This document shows, one piece after another, positions 37,293-50,438 of a stretch of 64,000 bases of DNA (positions are counted from its first letter, which is position 1; every line of letters begins with the position of its first letter). This DNA is from Bispira polyomma (taxonomy: Eukaryota). The notes under the pieces are model-generated. The model made no database searches. It saw only the letters and a program-made list of their open reading frames with translations, and was not told where the DNA came from. The position numbers were made by a program, and so were the translations under genes. The DNA is taken from contig OZ287756.1 of NCBI GenBank assembly GCA_965649765.1, forward strand, positions 57,970,001 to 58,034,000. Direction: 5' to 3'.

Positions 37293-39429
37293 CTAATCAT
37301 ATTTACTTTCCTGAGGTGAGGAAGTTGAATGCCTATTTGGGATATACATCAGCCAAGAAGCCTCATCTGGATTCTGTGTGTAACCACTGGCAATACCCTC
37401 AGTTACATAACCCCCCAGCCCCCCACCCCCCACCCCACCCCACCTCCGGTGAACACTGAAACTTAGCTGCCAAAAAAGGAAAAGGAGGGTAAGGGGGATT
37501 TCCTGACAGCGGGCATCATGGGAAATGAAATCAGTCCGCTTAGGTACATCAATATCAGATATGTCTCCAAACATAACAAAGAATCCACCACACATCTCCC
37601 ATATCAAAAGGGGTAGAATCAGTTCAGATTGTAGTCAGTTGTATGATTGTGTGCCCTTTTTCTTGTTTTGTTGTTTTAGTGAGCAGATATTGTTTTAAAA
37701 AGTAGAAGAATATAGAGAGATGATATATGAAATCACACAAAAGTGACCTTAATATACAATAATAGACAAGAAAGATGCTTAAAACCATAAAGTAAATAAA
37801 ATCTATATGTTTATCTGCATATTATCATATAACTTATCTCATAGAAGTGACTATTTTAAAAATCGCCTGAACCAAATGTATATAAATTATTCACTGTGGA
37901 TTAGTGGCAGCATTTGTTTATTTGAAAAATCTCTGGGATGAGGGCTTAAAATTTCTGGGGGGGGGGGGGGGGGGGGGGGGGGTAATCTCATACTGTGAAT
38001 CTAAAACAAATGTAACTACTACCATTACCGAGGAGTTTTCCCTGTCATTTCTCCTCCCCCCTTCTATTTTGGTTATTACTCAATTGACTACAAAAATGGA
38101 CTTATACTGAGGAAAATTTATAGGAATTATTTAGGCAGGACATGAAGATAAACAGAAATATGTAACTTGAAAATGGGTATATTGATCTCATTATATTGTC
38201 ACAAGAACTAAAAGCTGACATTACCAAAGCTGACATTACCAAAGATATTCCTTGGAATTTTTTCCTTCTGTCTTGGTTATTACTCCTAACATTTGATTAA
38301 CTAGAATTTGATACTGAAAAGCCACAAGAGTCATGTTTTCCTCCTAAAAAAACCCAACAACCCTGGATTAATAGTTTTTTTATCCCTGGGTCTATAAGTT
38401 TTAAGTGTTGCTGTGTTTAGATTTTATTTCCAGGCTTTTGTAACAATAACATAACTCCAATAGCTAGATGGGGCTTTTAATGGAGCGGCACAATTTTTGC
38501 CAAGGCATCAAAAACAATTCTTTAATCTGCTCTTTGACCCCAGATCCACTTTCATATTAAATGAATTCCTCCTTGGCCCATACTCGAAGCTATACGACTC
38601 AATTCCATGCAAATTGGTTCAGTAGTCTGTCTAAATCCTGGAAATGAAAAACTCCAACCAACTGGCAGAGATGAAAACATAACCTCCTTTGTTGGGGGTA
38701 ATATTAACCATTCTAATAAAAGCTACAATTGTTGCAGTCACAGCTAAAAGCATATCTGTATGGTCTATGTGGTCTAGTGGTTAGAGTGTTTGACTTTGGA
38801 TGAGACGTTCTCAGGTTCCATCCTTATGCTTCAGGCCTATGGAGACATTGTACACCTTGCGGACATTCGGATGATGGAAACGGACGTTGGATGACGGATT
38901 TGGTGTCAAAATCGTGCAGGCCTATTTGTCCTTTTAGGCTGGCAGTGGACACTTGGTTGACAAAGTATAAAAAACCAACCCAGGCTGTGAGATGTGTAGA
39001 CTGTGAAGTCAGATGAGACCTCACTCTATCAAATTATAAACCTTTCTAATTAAACACACACATTTTACACATATTTACACATCGATCACAAATGACTGAC
39101 AGAGGTATCTGCTTGCATTACTGAGATACAGTCAATACTGAGCCAAAAATGTCATTGGACACCTTGTAAAAAGTGCAGGAAATTTGACCAAAATGGCAGT
39201 TTAACATTCCAACCCAAATCAATTAAATTGCTCCAGTTTGTAATTAAGTTAACACCCTGATAAACTGCTAGTTGTTATTTATCAGGCGAGTCCTGATGTT
39301 GTTTTTAATCTAAAAAGAGTGCAGCCGTTGAAAAGTGTGCTGCTATTTTAGAACTAATAGAACTAATATGTAAGGCCTTCATGGATTGGTTAGTGACCAA
39401 AAGTGACCGATGATTTATTACAATAGCCA

Positions 39430-39750
39430 ATGGTTAGGCAAGGTTAAAAAGATAGGTTTTGAGCTTTTTCCTAAAACCAATAAGTGTATTTAGTGATCTG
39501 CGGTCGACTGGGAGACGGTTCTATAACAAGGGAAGTGCAATGGAAAAAGCTCTGGATCCCGCATTCCTGGCGGGTCTAACCATTAAATAGAGAGTCTGTT
39601 ACCTCTTTTTAGGTTACTAAAAGAGAGAAGGGAAGCAATGTAGGAGGGCTGTTGAGTGACTACAGCCTTCACTGTGGTAACATAAATTCTTAACAAATTC
39701 GAGAGTTAATGAGAAGCCAGTGTAGTATTTTTAGGTAAGGAGTAACGTCT
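39430..39750 (-). mobile_element. L2-like LINE ORF2 3' fragment
   Basis: Reverse complement gives remnants of TPYLK.LHWL..., RAFSIA.P.L.N.LP and KKLKTYLF. Confidence 0.55.
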
Positions 39751-42700
39751 TAGATTCAACCACATAAGTTCTGAATAAAATATATCTCATTTCTCTCTTT
39801 TCATTGTCACCCATACTGAAGTTGATCTGTTTTAGTAAACCCATTACAAAATGTCCAGTCGAGTAAAAACAAATTAGTAAAGATGTTTTTTTCACTAGTT
39901 GTCCACAGAAGTTTTTGATTAAGCTTTAATTCTGCGTTATTGCTATGTCTAAGATCTACAGATGCTTATATGTAACATGTAACAGGTAGCCTCGATACTG
40001 GATATATATGTCAGATAATTAATACCTGCCATTTTACCATGATTGTGTTATAATAAGAATTATTATACCTCGGTGGCGAATCTAGCCATTCTATTGGTTA
40101 AAATGTGATCACGTGACATGACATAATTCGCGATATGGCCCGTGAGTCGGGGGCCATATCACTGCAGCGGGCCATATCACTTGCAAAGTTTAGTAAGCAC
40201 TTATATACAGTGCCCATATTTACCCTTATTTTAAACACTTGTGGTAATCTTATGTCATAAAATTATTGTTATTTCAAGCCCATGTCTAGATAAAGTGCCA
40301 ATATATATATATATATATGTATTATACTTCGGTGGTAAATCCAGTGATCCTATTAGTTAAAATAAGATCATGTGACATAAAACCTGATATGGCCCGGGAT
40401 TCGGGGGCTCATATTACTGTAGCGGGCCATATTAATTACAAAGTGATTGTAATTTTGTTTCCATTTATCGTTTGGCTAAATGCAAACCGCCAACTTTGAT
40501 CAAGGACTTTCAAGATTTATAGATAATTCTGATGACTATTTAAAAAATTATACAAAATAAAAGAATGCCAAAAACACAGACTTATCAACAAATAATTTAA
40601 AACATATTTTTTAGCAGTATGTAATCGAAACATAAAAAAATCTTATTGAAAGAGTATCTTTATTAGAAAATCTAAAAAATGCTTCTATAAGCTGATCATA
40701 CTGACGGCCATGCCATATTGGCCCGGCCTCAGGTGCATATATGGCCCTGACAAACAGCTTATATTTTATGTAAATATATATATATGTATATATTATACCA
40801 CTCTTTATTCTTTAGAGATATCCAGCTACCATACATTATATAAAGTAGTTTGTTTGCAACCTTAGAGGAGTGTAACATTTGGTGTAACCATAGCTTTAGT
40901 ATTCACCCAGAATATAAAAGCAGAAATCAATCTTTACCCCTCCAACCACCTTTGTTGTCTGAAAGGCAAACAATGAAGTATATATCCTGATTGAAGTGCA
41001 CCTCCGCCAGGAGAGACCGGAAATGTAAAGACAGAGTGTTGTCAAATCAAAGATTAGGAGGGGGAATAGGGGAGTGGCCCCCTTTTGGTGTCCCTTACCT
41101 AAAACCAGCCTATTTGACTTTTTTTTCCCCTGATTGGTTTTATCATATTCTAATAATGGATGATATTGTGTCTGCTTTAGTGGTTCTTACCAAACTCTCT
41201 CTATCTAGTTTTGTCAGGGGTGTGTGGGGGTAGTAACCTAAGTAGACTAATGCTGCCATCTCTCTTGAGAAAAAAATAATCATTGTGCTGTATTCTGGGG
41301 GGAAATATCAAGCTGGACTCCATTCGAAGGTATCCCTGGACCGAGATTTCTGTCCTCTGTATACAGAAATACTTTTTAATAATGATATTTATGTAAATAA
41401 GTACTTTTAGGTTTGGGCCATAAGTTATAAAATTGTGTACGACAATCCGATTAATCGATTTTACACAACAACATACTAAGTGGAAAGATGATTCTTTTTG
41501 TATGATATAAGTGTTGTGTCAGATTTGAAAATTTTTGCTTAGGGTATTACCGCTCTGTTGCTTCTGGTTAGAAAAGCCACAAATCGGAGACAGGGAAACT
41601 CACCTATCCATATATCTCATGCTATAGAGGGAATATACAGAACATATCTGAATTCGGCGATGAAAAGCTCCACCATAAAATGAATAGTCACAAGAAGTAC
41701 TGATGAATTCCCTATACTAGAGTTATACATCGCCTCCTTGAACTTAGGCTTGAGTTGGTTGCAAGAATATATGGGCCCGGACTGTGCAGAGGTAGCTACC
41801 ATCTACTTCCCTTGGCATGAGTTTTCAATTTTGTCCCTGACATGCACAATATAGAAAAGTTGGCGTTAGATCCCCAGGTGCACTTTCTGGATATAGCAGA
41901 AAAACTTAAAACCTATATCTTCTTTAACTAAACCCCTCCCCCTCCCCCCCCCTTAATTACCTCCCTGGACACCCTACGATATGGTTATTGTGTGGTGGTT
42001 TATTGTGCAGAAATCTTGACCAAAATGACCTATGCTAGTTTTATCCACCAGTAAGCTGACCGTTGTGCTGTTAAAAAACGTCAGTATTTTACAGCACAAA
42101 TTTCATAGTTTTAATTTTCATAGTTTCCATATCGCCAATAAACATGGTCTTCGCTAAATCTGAATCTTTAGTTGCTGTTGCTGCAAATGGCATGAAAACC
42201 CTCTAATAAACTGTACCCCAGGAACAAATATCTGCACCAGTGTGCAGACATGGACTGGTATTCTTACAAAGATTCTAAAAAAAAATATTTGTCTTGATCA
42301 ATTTGATTATCAGAAAAATATTTGGGTTTTGTGTTGAAGGGAGAACTCCCATTTTCTCAACCGGTAACATACATACATAATTGAATCGTTAAAATACAGC
42401 CAATCTATGGTTTATAATAGCTATAAAATTGTGTGTTTATTTTTTTTTAGATTAGTGTTATTACTATCTAAGACAACAAATTAGTTTTAAATGCATTCTA
42501 AGAACAAAGTTAAATATAATCAACCATTAAAAAGGAATAGAAACCCTATATATTTTACTTTGTGAGGACCTTTCGATTAGAAACATTTAATATATAATTA
42601 ATTTTATTGAAATTAACTGAGGCAGAATAAAGAAGATCTTATATGTTACCCATCAATTAATATTCTATGATGTCTGCCTTACATATACCTTATTACAACA

Positions 42701-42793
42701 GAAACCCTAGTGGCCACCAAGATGTAAGATCAAAATAGACTATCTGTGCTATGTACTGTGTGACCATTCGTTTTACTAGACGTTTCTGTGCTG

Positions 42794-43048
42794 GGGCCGC
42801 GGTGGCCTAGTGGTTAGCAAGCATTGTGCTTCACAATCACTGGTCTCTCCCCTCTGGCCGGCGTGAATTCGAATTCCGTCGATGCCTATGTGAGAAAGGT
42901 GGTAGTTCCTTACTGTGGGCCACTGGTTTCAGTGCAAAAGCTTGATCAACTGTATGCAGTGTTTCCTCCAGCGTTTCTAACTACCCGTCCAAATATAACC
43001 TAAACAGGTACTAGAGTGGAGGTTAAATATCCAAATTCAAATTCAACC
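42794..43048 (+). mobile_element. tRNA-derived SINE family A, full length
   Basis: Near-identical to 14695-14944; 11-bp TSD tttctgtgctg (42783-42793 / 43049-43059). Confidence 0.92.
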
Positions 43049-43205
43049 TTTCTGTGCTGAATTCAAATATACAGTCAGATTTTTATTTAACTTCCCTCTC
43101 TCACATGGAGTCTGGGTTTGAGTTTAGGAAATGTTTCAGACAAAAAAGGCTGGTGGTGATGGATAAGGTTAATAGGTCAACACTGGAAGACATCTCCAAG
43201 CAGAT

Positions 43206-43219
43206 GTTACTATGGCAAC
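43206..43219. promoter_or_regulatory. Candidate RFX X-box
   Basis: gttactatggcaac fits the palindromic X-box consensus GTTNCYATGGNAAC; variant gttactatggctac at 44712-44725. Confidence 0.35.
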
Positions 43220-43763
43220 CGTTGCTGTGATAAATGATGCTAGGAGAGAGATAGAGGGAAGTGTGGGTAGGTGGTGGGGTTGGTAGGGGAGATTAATTAA
43301 CCATCTGCATCTCTATAGAGGACAGTCATTTCTCGAACACTGATCAGGTGTGATAGGGGGCCCACAAATCACTGACTCACTTCTTTCCCCCTACATTAAT
43401 TGGCATGCTAGACTTGCTAAACCAATATCTTATCATCACCACCATTACCATTGTACTAGTGAGCTCTCTATATATACTAATGGCTATCACTCTTTTAGGA
43501 CTTGATTGTGGAGACTACTACATATACCTAGTATTAGTAAAGGCCCTTTGTTCTCATCCAGACTTACATCCGTGACCCTTTACGTTGGAACAGGTTATGC
43601 CACAAATATATCAGGTATAGATCACCCCATCGTCCTCCCTCACCTCCCAAAAAATTTTCCCACTAACACAAATTTGAAGCAAGCTTGCAAAAATACTGTT
43701 ACAGGCCTGCCGCAAAAGACATAACAAAGAATAACAAATATCCACTAATACTAATTGCAACAA

Positions 43764-43964
43764 TTTTGAATTTGGATATTTAACGTCCACTCTAGTACCT
43801 GTTTAGGTTATATTGGGATGGGTAGTTGAAAACGCTGGAGGAAACACTGCATACAGTTGAACAAGGTTCTGCACTGAAACCAGTGGCCCACAGTAAGGAA
43901 CTACCACCTTTCCTACATAGGCATCGACGGGATTCAAACTCACGCCACCCAGAGGTGAGAGACC
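43764..43964 (-). mobile_element. 5'-truncated SINE family A
   Basis: Reverse complement of the family-A 3' ~200 nt; 14-bp TSD actaat(t/c)gcaacaa. Confidence 0.88.
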
Positions 43965-46900
43965 ACTAATCGCAACAAAAGCTGGCTAACTGCTACTAAT
44001 TGGGACTAATGCTTAACGAGCCAGAACGAACCAACACAATCTCCTACTGACAAGAAACATTGCAAAACTCTATGTAGTTTGGGTTTAACATCACTTTTTA
44101 ACACATTTTTGTGTCATTATATTAAGACAAGACAGTTTAGTTGGTTGATTAAAACAGTGCTGCCAACTTTTCCCCCGCATACACAACACCAACCAAGATT
44201 CGAACCCATGACAAGCAGAGGTGGGAGGGTCGATTGTCTTTAATCACTACACAAACCGAGGTGCTCCTAGCTACTATATCTTTCTATCTCAAGCTCATGT
44301 GTCATGTGACAATTATTTGCTGGTTATGAATGAGTTGGGTTTTTTGGGGGATTGGGAGAGGCTATTTGCCCCCCCCCCCCCCCCCCCCCCCCCTCAAAGA
44401 TAAAAAATGCCTCTGCAGCAGAATGTTATTTTGAATAGAATAGAAACCGGTCGCTTTATAAATATCAAAGCTGAAGAAAGATTTTGTCAATTCTATTCTT
44501 TAAATTGTGTTATATTTTTTTGTGTATATGCCCTTTTTACAAACAATTTTAGGGAAGATTTGTATGCAAAATATTTCGAAATACACTCTGATTTTATGCA
44601 ATTAATACATGAGGAAAAAAATTATTAGAATACAAAGAAATCCTATAAGAAAATTAGTAAATTATTTGAGGCTTACTTGACCATTAAGGAAAAGACACTT
44701 TGTATAGATAAGTTACTATGGCTACTAAGGCTACATGTACACTCCATAAATATATATTTTTTGTTTAAGAAAACTGACTTATAAATTCATACGGGCTGGG
44801 TAAATGAATGAAAGTATATGTTGTATAGACATATTGTTACATGTCACTATAATGAATAAAATTTCATGTCTTATGTGAAAAGTAGTTAAGAAGGAAGTAT
44901 AGTTAAATAGAGTTACATGTGCCTCTGATATCACATGTGACTTGACACACCAAACCTAAACCAATGTAATCTCCCCCACAAACCACGTGACCACACAGAG
45001 ACTCTTACTAATTGGCTGGCTAATAGGCTGTTATAATTCTAGACTCTCCACCCGAGACACAGGTGGCTTCAAGTAATGCTACACCCCTCCACACACAAGA
45101 AAGACAATTCTATACACTCACGTGACATTGTAGGTAGCAAACAAGAAGAGAGGGGGGGAGGGGGGGGGGCACTGAAAAGAAAGAAAAAGGGGAGTGTCTG
45201 TTACAAAAGGAAAGACATCTTTTGAAATAAAGATGCAGTGTATCAATATTCTCGAAAGTGTAGATATTCAGCTCAAACTTATACCCATACTTAAATGACT
45301 GGAATTCTCTCTATAACTCCAGATACAGTAAACATATCTAAAAGCTGACATTATATATTATGAATTAAACGTTGAAAGTTGTATTAAAATGAATAGCCAC
45401 TATTGTATATTTCCACATAGCCTATATTATGAGTTGACTGTGACTTTCAAGCTTAAGTATATTTCGAGAAAAATACTCCAACCCAGAATTTTGAGTCACA
45501 ACTGGACAAATATTATAAGCATGGCTTCTTCATTCATATATAGTGTTTCTAAATCAGGAATTTGTCCTGCGTCCTATTCCTAACATTTCAAATACAATTC
45601 TCAATGTGAAATTGAAATTGATGAAAAGTGAATTAAAAGATTCATTGTGGACTTAGCCTATTGCTGTACAGTTAGCAGAGATGCCACGTATTGAGGATAG
45701 CATTACACCCACTCATCCTCAGACCACAGGTCTTTTCATTATCCAGTGGGTTGGGGTATAAGTTTCCAAGTAACTAATATTTTAATTACAGATATTGAGA
45801 GAAAGGTATAACTGCTTTCCATTGTTCACGGAGGATCATAATCAGCCCCTCTCTGGTTATGATGTCATCAAAAGGTATTATTGTTCTAGTCAAGAAGACA
45901 ATAATAGCACCTGAGGCATGTAATGTACATGGCACACTACAGAAATGTATCAACGGTGAATGGAATTCCCTTTGTTTGCTATTCATGTAATGCATGAGCA
46001 TTAGAAGGTATTCAAACTTAAACCACCCGTTATCTATTGTTCATCTGTTATTTATTGTTGATCTACCCTTTATCTGGTATTAATGACAAATTTGCTGACT
46101 CCCTAAGTACGGCACTAGATAAATGTAAAATGTATGTAGGTTTGTAATCTCTTAGGTTTATAAACCTAAGTAAAATCTATCTCCATATTTAAATTCAGTG
46201 TTGAAAGCTCTATTTAAATAAATGGTCACAAGCATAGGTTATGTCCATGTGCAACGAACGATTTCCCCGCAGCCTGTATTTTGAGTATGACTTTAGGCAT
46301 AACATTATTTTGAGAAAAACAGCCCAGGTCCTGTGCCAACTCATCCTCCACAAAGGGCAGGTGTTAGTTTGGCCACTGTGATGTGACACTAGCTGCTACT
46401 ATTACTACTGTCTCATCAAGCCTGACATGTGAAATCCCTCCTTTTATATAAAGCCCTGAGCTGCTGCTGGTGGTGTTCTTTGAAAAATATGTACTGGAAA
46501 TGCTTAAACTCTTACTCAACTCCAATGATAGTCTATGTGGAATAATTCCTTGTATATACATATTGGGAATAGTAACCCACATTTTGTAACCATTCATTTT
46601 AATAGAGCTTTCAACACTGAATTGAAATATGCAGTCAGATTTTTATTCTGTTTGCTGTATCCAGAGTTAATTCAGATTAGAGGTGAGTATAAGCTGAGTA
46701 TACATTTGAGAATATGAGTCCTAGCTCCCTATTATAGCTCTCCATCCCCCATCTATCTTTTCCCACCACCCTGTACATCACAAGGTCCCCCATCTAAATA
46801 CCTCTGTATTTAAACCCCCCAACTCAGCACTTCAGACGGAAAATGAGATTTTCTGCTTGGCTGCTGTTGTGGGGTGTGGGGGGGTATTAAGGAAATCTAT

Positions 46901-46975
46901 CACAGGGAATTCCTCACTGAAAAGATGGACTACCCTCAGGAAAGTACACAGGCAGTGTGTGTGTGTGTGTGTGTG

Positions 46976-47120
46976 TGCAGAGAAACCAGCGGCCCACAGT
47001 AAGGAACTATCACCTTTCCCACATAGCCATCGACGGGATTCGAACTCACGCCGCCCAGAGGTGAGAGACCATTGATTGTGAAGCGCAATGCTTGCTAACC
47101 ACTAGGCCACCGCGGCCCCC
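46976..47120 (-). mobile_element. SINE family A, 5' half, abutting a (TG)n microsatellite
   Basis: Reverse complement of ggggccgcggtggcctagtggttagcaagcattgcgcttcacaatc...gtttctctgcac. Confidence 0.85.
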
Positions 47121-48389
47121 AATATAAAGTCTGAGAAAGCAGACTTTGTTGCCGATTTAGACATTAAGGACGGCTTGCGGCTGAATAATGCCCAATGGTC
47201 TAATCGACAACAAAGTACGAGCATGAGGACTATATTTCTATTATAAAGACCGGTGATGGTGTATTTTAAATCAAATAGCAAGATATTTTCCAACTTTGAT
47301 GTGAACTATTTTCTGTCATGTCACTTCTTTTTCGTAGCCATAGTCCTTTCTACCAGATAGAGTATGGCTATGAATTGTCCACTGGTGGCTTTTGTGTTCG
47401 ATGCACAATTCCCGGTCTTTATGATATATTTCAATTTAGTTGTGTTTATGCAGAGGCGTCATATCACATCATATCACGACGGCCATATTTTTAACAGTGG
47501 AAGAAAACCAGTGTTGATGCCACTGTAAGCCAGTTGGCCCTACAGTAAGTTCCTAAGATGAAGGAATTGACAGAATTTAAACCCCATATTGGTGAGAGGG
47601 CCAGTAATTGTGATACAGGCACTTCCAAATCACTCAGGACAACCACGGCCGATAATAGAGGAATTGAAAATATTATTCTGAGTTTTATATAGGGTTTGAA
47701 GAACAAAAGTGGGCAACAATATTTATAAATAATCGAACTAGTAAATGGCCAGAAAATAAGCATCATAATAACAAATTTCATGTCTAAACACTTCAAAAGT
47801 TGGCAACATTGGTAATCCATCATAACTGTTCCATTAATTGATCGTTAACGTAAACAATATACAAAGTTAACCCGGTCTAGTTGATTAGTTCACACACAAC
47901 ATATTTGTGTCCACATATCCTAACAGGGTAGTCGGTCAAGGGTTTTTTAAACCAACTGCCTTCAGCAAGTTTGCTGCCAATTTCTTGACATATACCCTAG
48001 GGCCGAGATTTGTTTTTCAAGAAATGTGATTGGCTTCTGTTTGAAGTAGTCTGAATGGTTGAAATTTAGAAATTTCTAAGAATGGTCCCGTCAAAATGTT
48101 ATTAAAATACACTTTTCTCCTCAAAGTTTTACTTATAAGGAAGTAAATGAAATAATTAATCTTATAAATCTACTATGTTATACAAAATAGTATTCTTACA
48201 CATATGAGTCTTCAAATTCCATATGTATTTTTTGTGGGTTTTGTACATTTCTTGCCTTTCTTTGTAAATGTGCTTTATATAGTACAAAATAAGCTATTAT
48301 TATTGCTATTAGTGCAGCCAAAATATGTTGATTCTTTTGTGTCTAAAATTGTTTATAATATTAATAATTGAAACATTTATGAATGGTCA

Positions 48390-48770
48390 AATTAATAAGG
48401 ACATCCTCTGAGGTGGTGATATGCAAAAAGGGAAAATCCAGGGGCAAGCGAAAGGTCATTACGAGAAAGCATCCACTAAGGTAAGAGTTACAGAGGGGGT
48501 GGGCCAGTCTGAAAAGGTAAAGTTTTCACAAGGCTTTTGCAACCAGTGATTTTATCCTGTGATCTGACAGTGTGTGGGAGTTTATTCCATTCAACAGCAG
48601 CCGCAACGGCAAAGCAGCACCTGCCGATTTTTCTGTTTGGTCGGATTGAGGAAACTGAGAGACGGTTTCCCTGGAAACTAGATTTGATGAGTGAGGAAAA
48701 ATAAGGAGGTTGGTTGAGTTTGATAGCTTTGAACATAAGATGCTTGTATTTAAAAAGAATGCACTTTTGT
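48390..48770 (-). mobile_element. L2/CR1-like LINE 3' fragment
   Basis: FKAIKLNQPPYFSSLI...GRCCFAVAAAVEWNKLP. Confidence 0.7.
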
Positions 48771-50159
48771 GGTTTTAAATCAGAGCCTGAGCAAGATTAG
48801 TAAGGTTATGTCAGTTCACCGAGGTCACTTTACTGGTGTGAGCAAAAATAACTTGTTTTATGTGGCCTTATATTGCTTATTTCTTGCATGAGGGATAAAC
48901 TCAAAGGGCAAGTAAGGGTATTTATCCAGGCCATTCTGTTTTGTCATCTGCTACACTTGCTTTTTATCAATGGCAAGTTAATTTAAGTAAAGCTACTTAT
49001 TTGCTACATTTGTATGTATTTTGAATTTTGTGTTTGGTACTTGACAGTTTTTCCCTGAGGTAACTGTACTCTGCACATTTAGGGAATTGTATCTGTACAC
49101 ACAGCTACAGTAGTACTTACCTAAGGTTAAGTTCTAACTTTAGTGTCTACCCTTAAGCGCATAAGATCAGCTTTTAAATGTCCTATAAGGTCAGGCATCA
49201 CTGAAGTTAAAGCCCTCTTAGGTGGTTCCTGCAGTAGTTATCTAACATAATTGTTGATATTGCAGTAGTGTACTAATGATTGTAACAAAATAGAAGTGTT
49301 TAAAATAGTATGTGTGTAATAAACCTAAATAAATTTGATTGACTTGACATGCGTGTACATGTTTATGTATTGATCTATGTGTTCAACAACTATGTAATGA
49401 TAGAATGTTAGCATTCCAGGAAATGTCAAACAAGATTTCTCTTCATCTGAGATAATAAATTTGATTTTGGGTTTAATGAGGCTTTCAACAAATTCTATAG
49501 GTCACGGCTGGCAGTTTCAGTGCTGGAGGAAGCCAGTGTTTACTACTAGTTGGTCAAGACTCTACCGTGGAAACTAGCGATCATCGGATAGTACCCATCT
49601 ACTTTCCCACTAACAACCAACGACAGAGATTCAAACCAGGACCATAGAGACGAGTGTGTTAGCTCTGTACCACTGAGGCCCTTCTGATAATAAAAAGTAA
49701 GCAAATATCTCTAGAGGAATACTCAGTAGATGGCATACCTCCACCAAGGCACAAATGTGCAAAACAATTCCTGGGTCCACTTTTTCTAACTGGATCCACT
49801 ATAACAGTTATGGTCCAAGTATCAAGCCGCGACCAATTTTAAATTAAATCGGTTTTTGTTGCAAAAAAAACAAATAGACCCATGGAAAAAATACTCGGCC
49901 ATATACAATTATACTATAAGGGACCATGAGAAATATCTCTACTTAAGCAACACGGACACTCGAACAGGGGTAGAATTAAAAGTAAAAGATCACTACAAGG
50001 GACAATGAGAAATACCTCTACTTAAGCAGGATTTCCACTTTAATAGGGTGGATTTAAAAATTAGAAGACCATTGTGGGACTACTGAATGTCCACTCCACA
50101 TCAATGTGAAAATGACTAAACAAACCAAAACAAAGTTTTTACTTGAAGAAAGGTTCTAT

Positions 50160-50438
50160 GCTGTACTGCATAGACCAAACCTTAATGCCTCAGTCCGACT
50201 GAAGTCATGTACTTCATAGGCCAAACCTTAATGCCCCAGTCCCACTGGATTCACGTACTTTATAGACTAACCTTAATGCCCCTGTCCGACTTAAGTCACA
50301 TACTTCATAAGCCAAACCTTAATGCCCCGGTCCAACTGGATTCACGTACTTTATAGACCAAACCTTAATGCCCTGGTCTGACTTAACTCATGTACTTCAT
50401 AGGTTAAACCTTAATGCCCCGGTCCCACTGGAGTCATG
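50160..50438. repeat. Minisatellite, ~46-bp unit, 6 copies
   Basis: catagaccaaaccttaatgccccagtcc.actg.a.tca.gtactt repeated. Confidence 0.88.

Noticed and set aside
37293-37607. Candidate signal-peptide exon (IPLTLLFLFWQLSF)
   Set aside because: The best donor (GAG|gtgggg) is in the wrong phase for the open frame and the phase-1 frame has a TAA; no clear acceptor.
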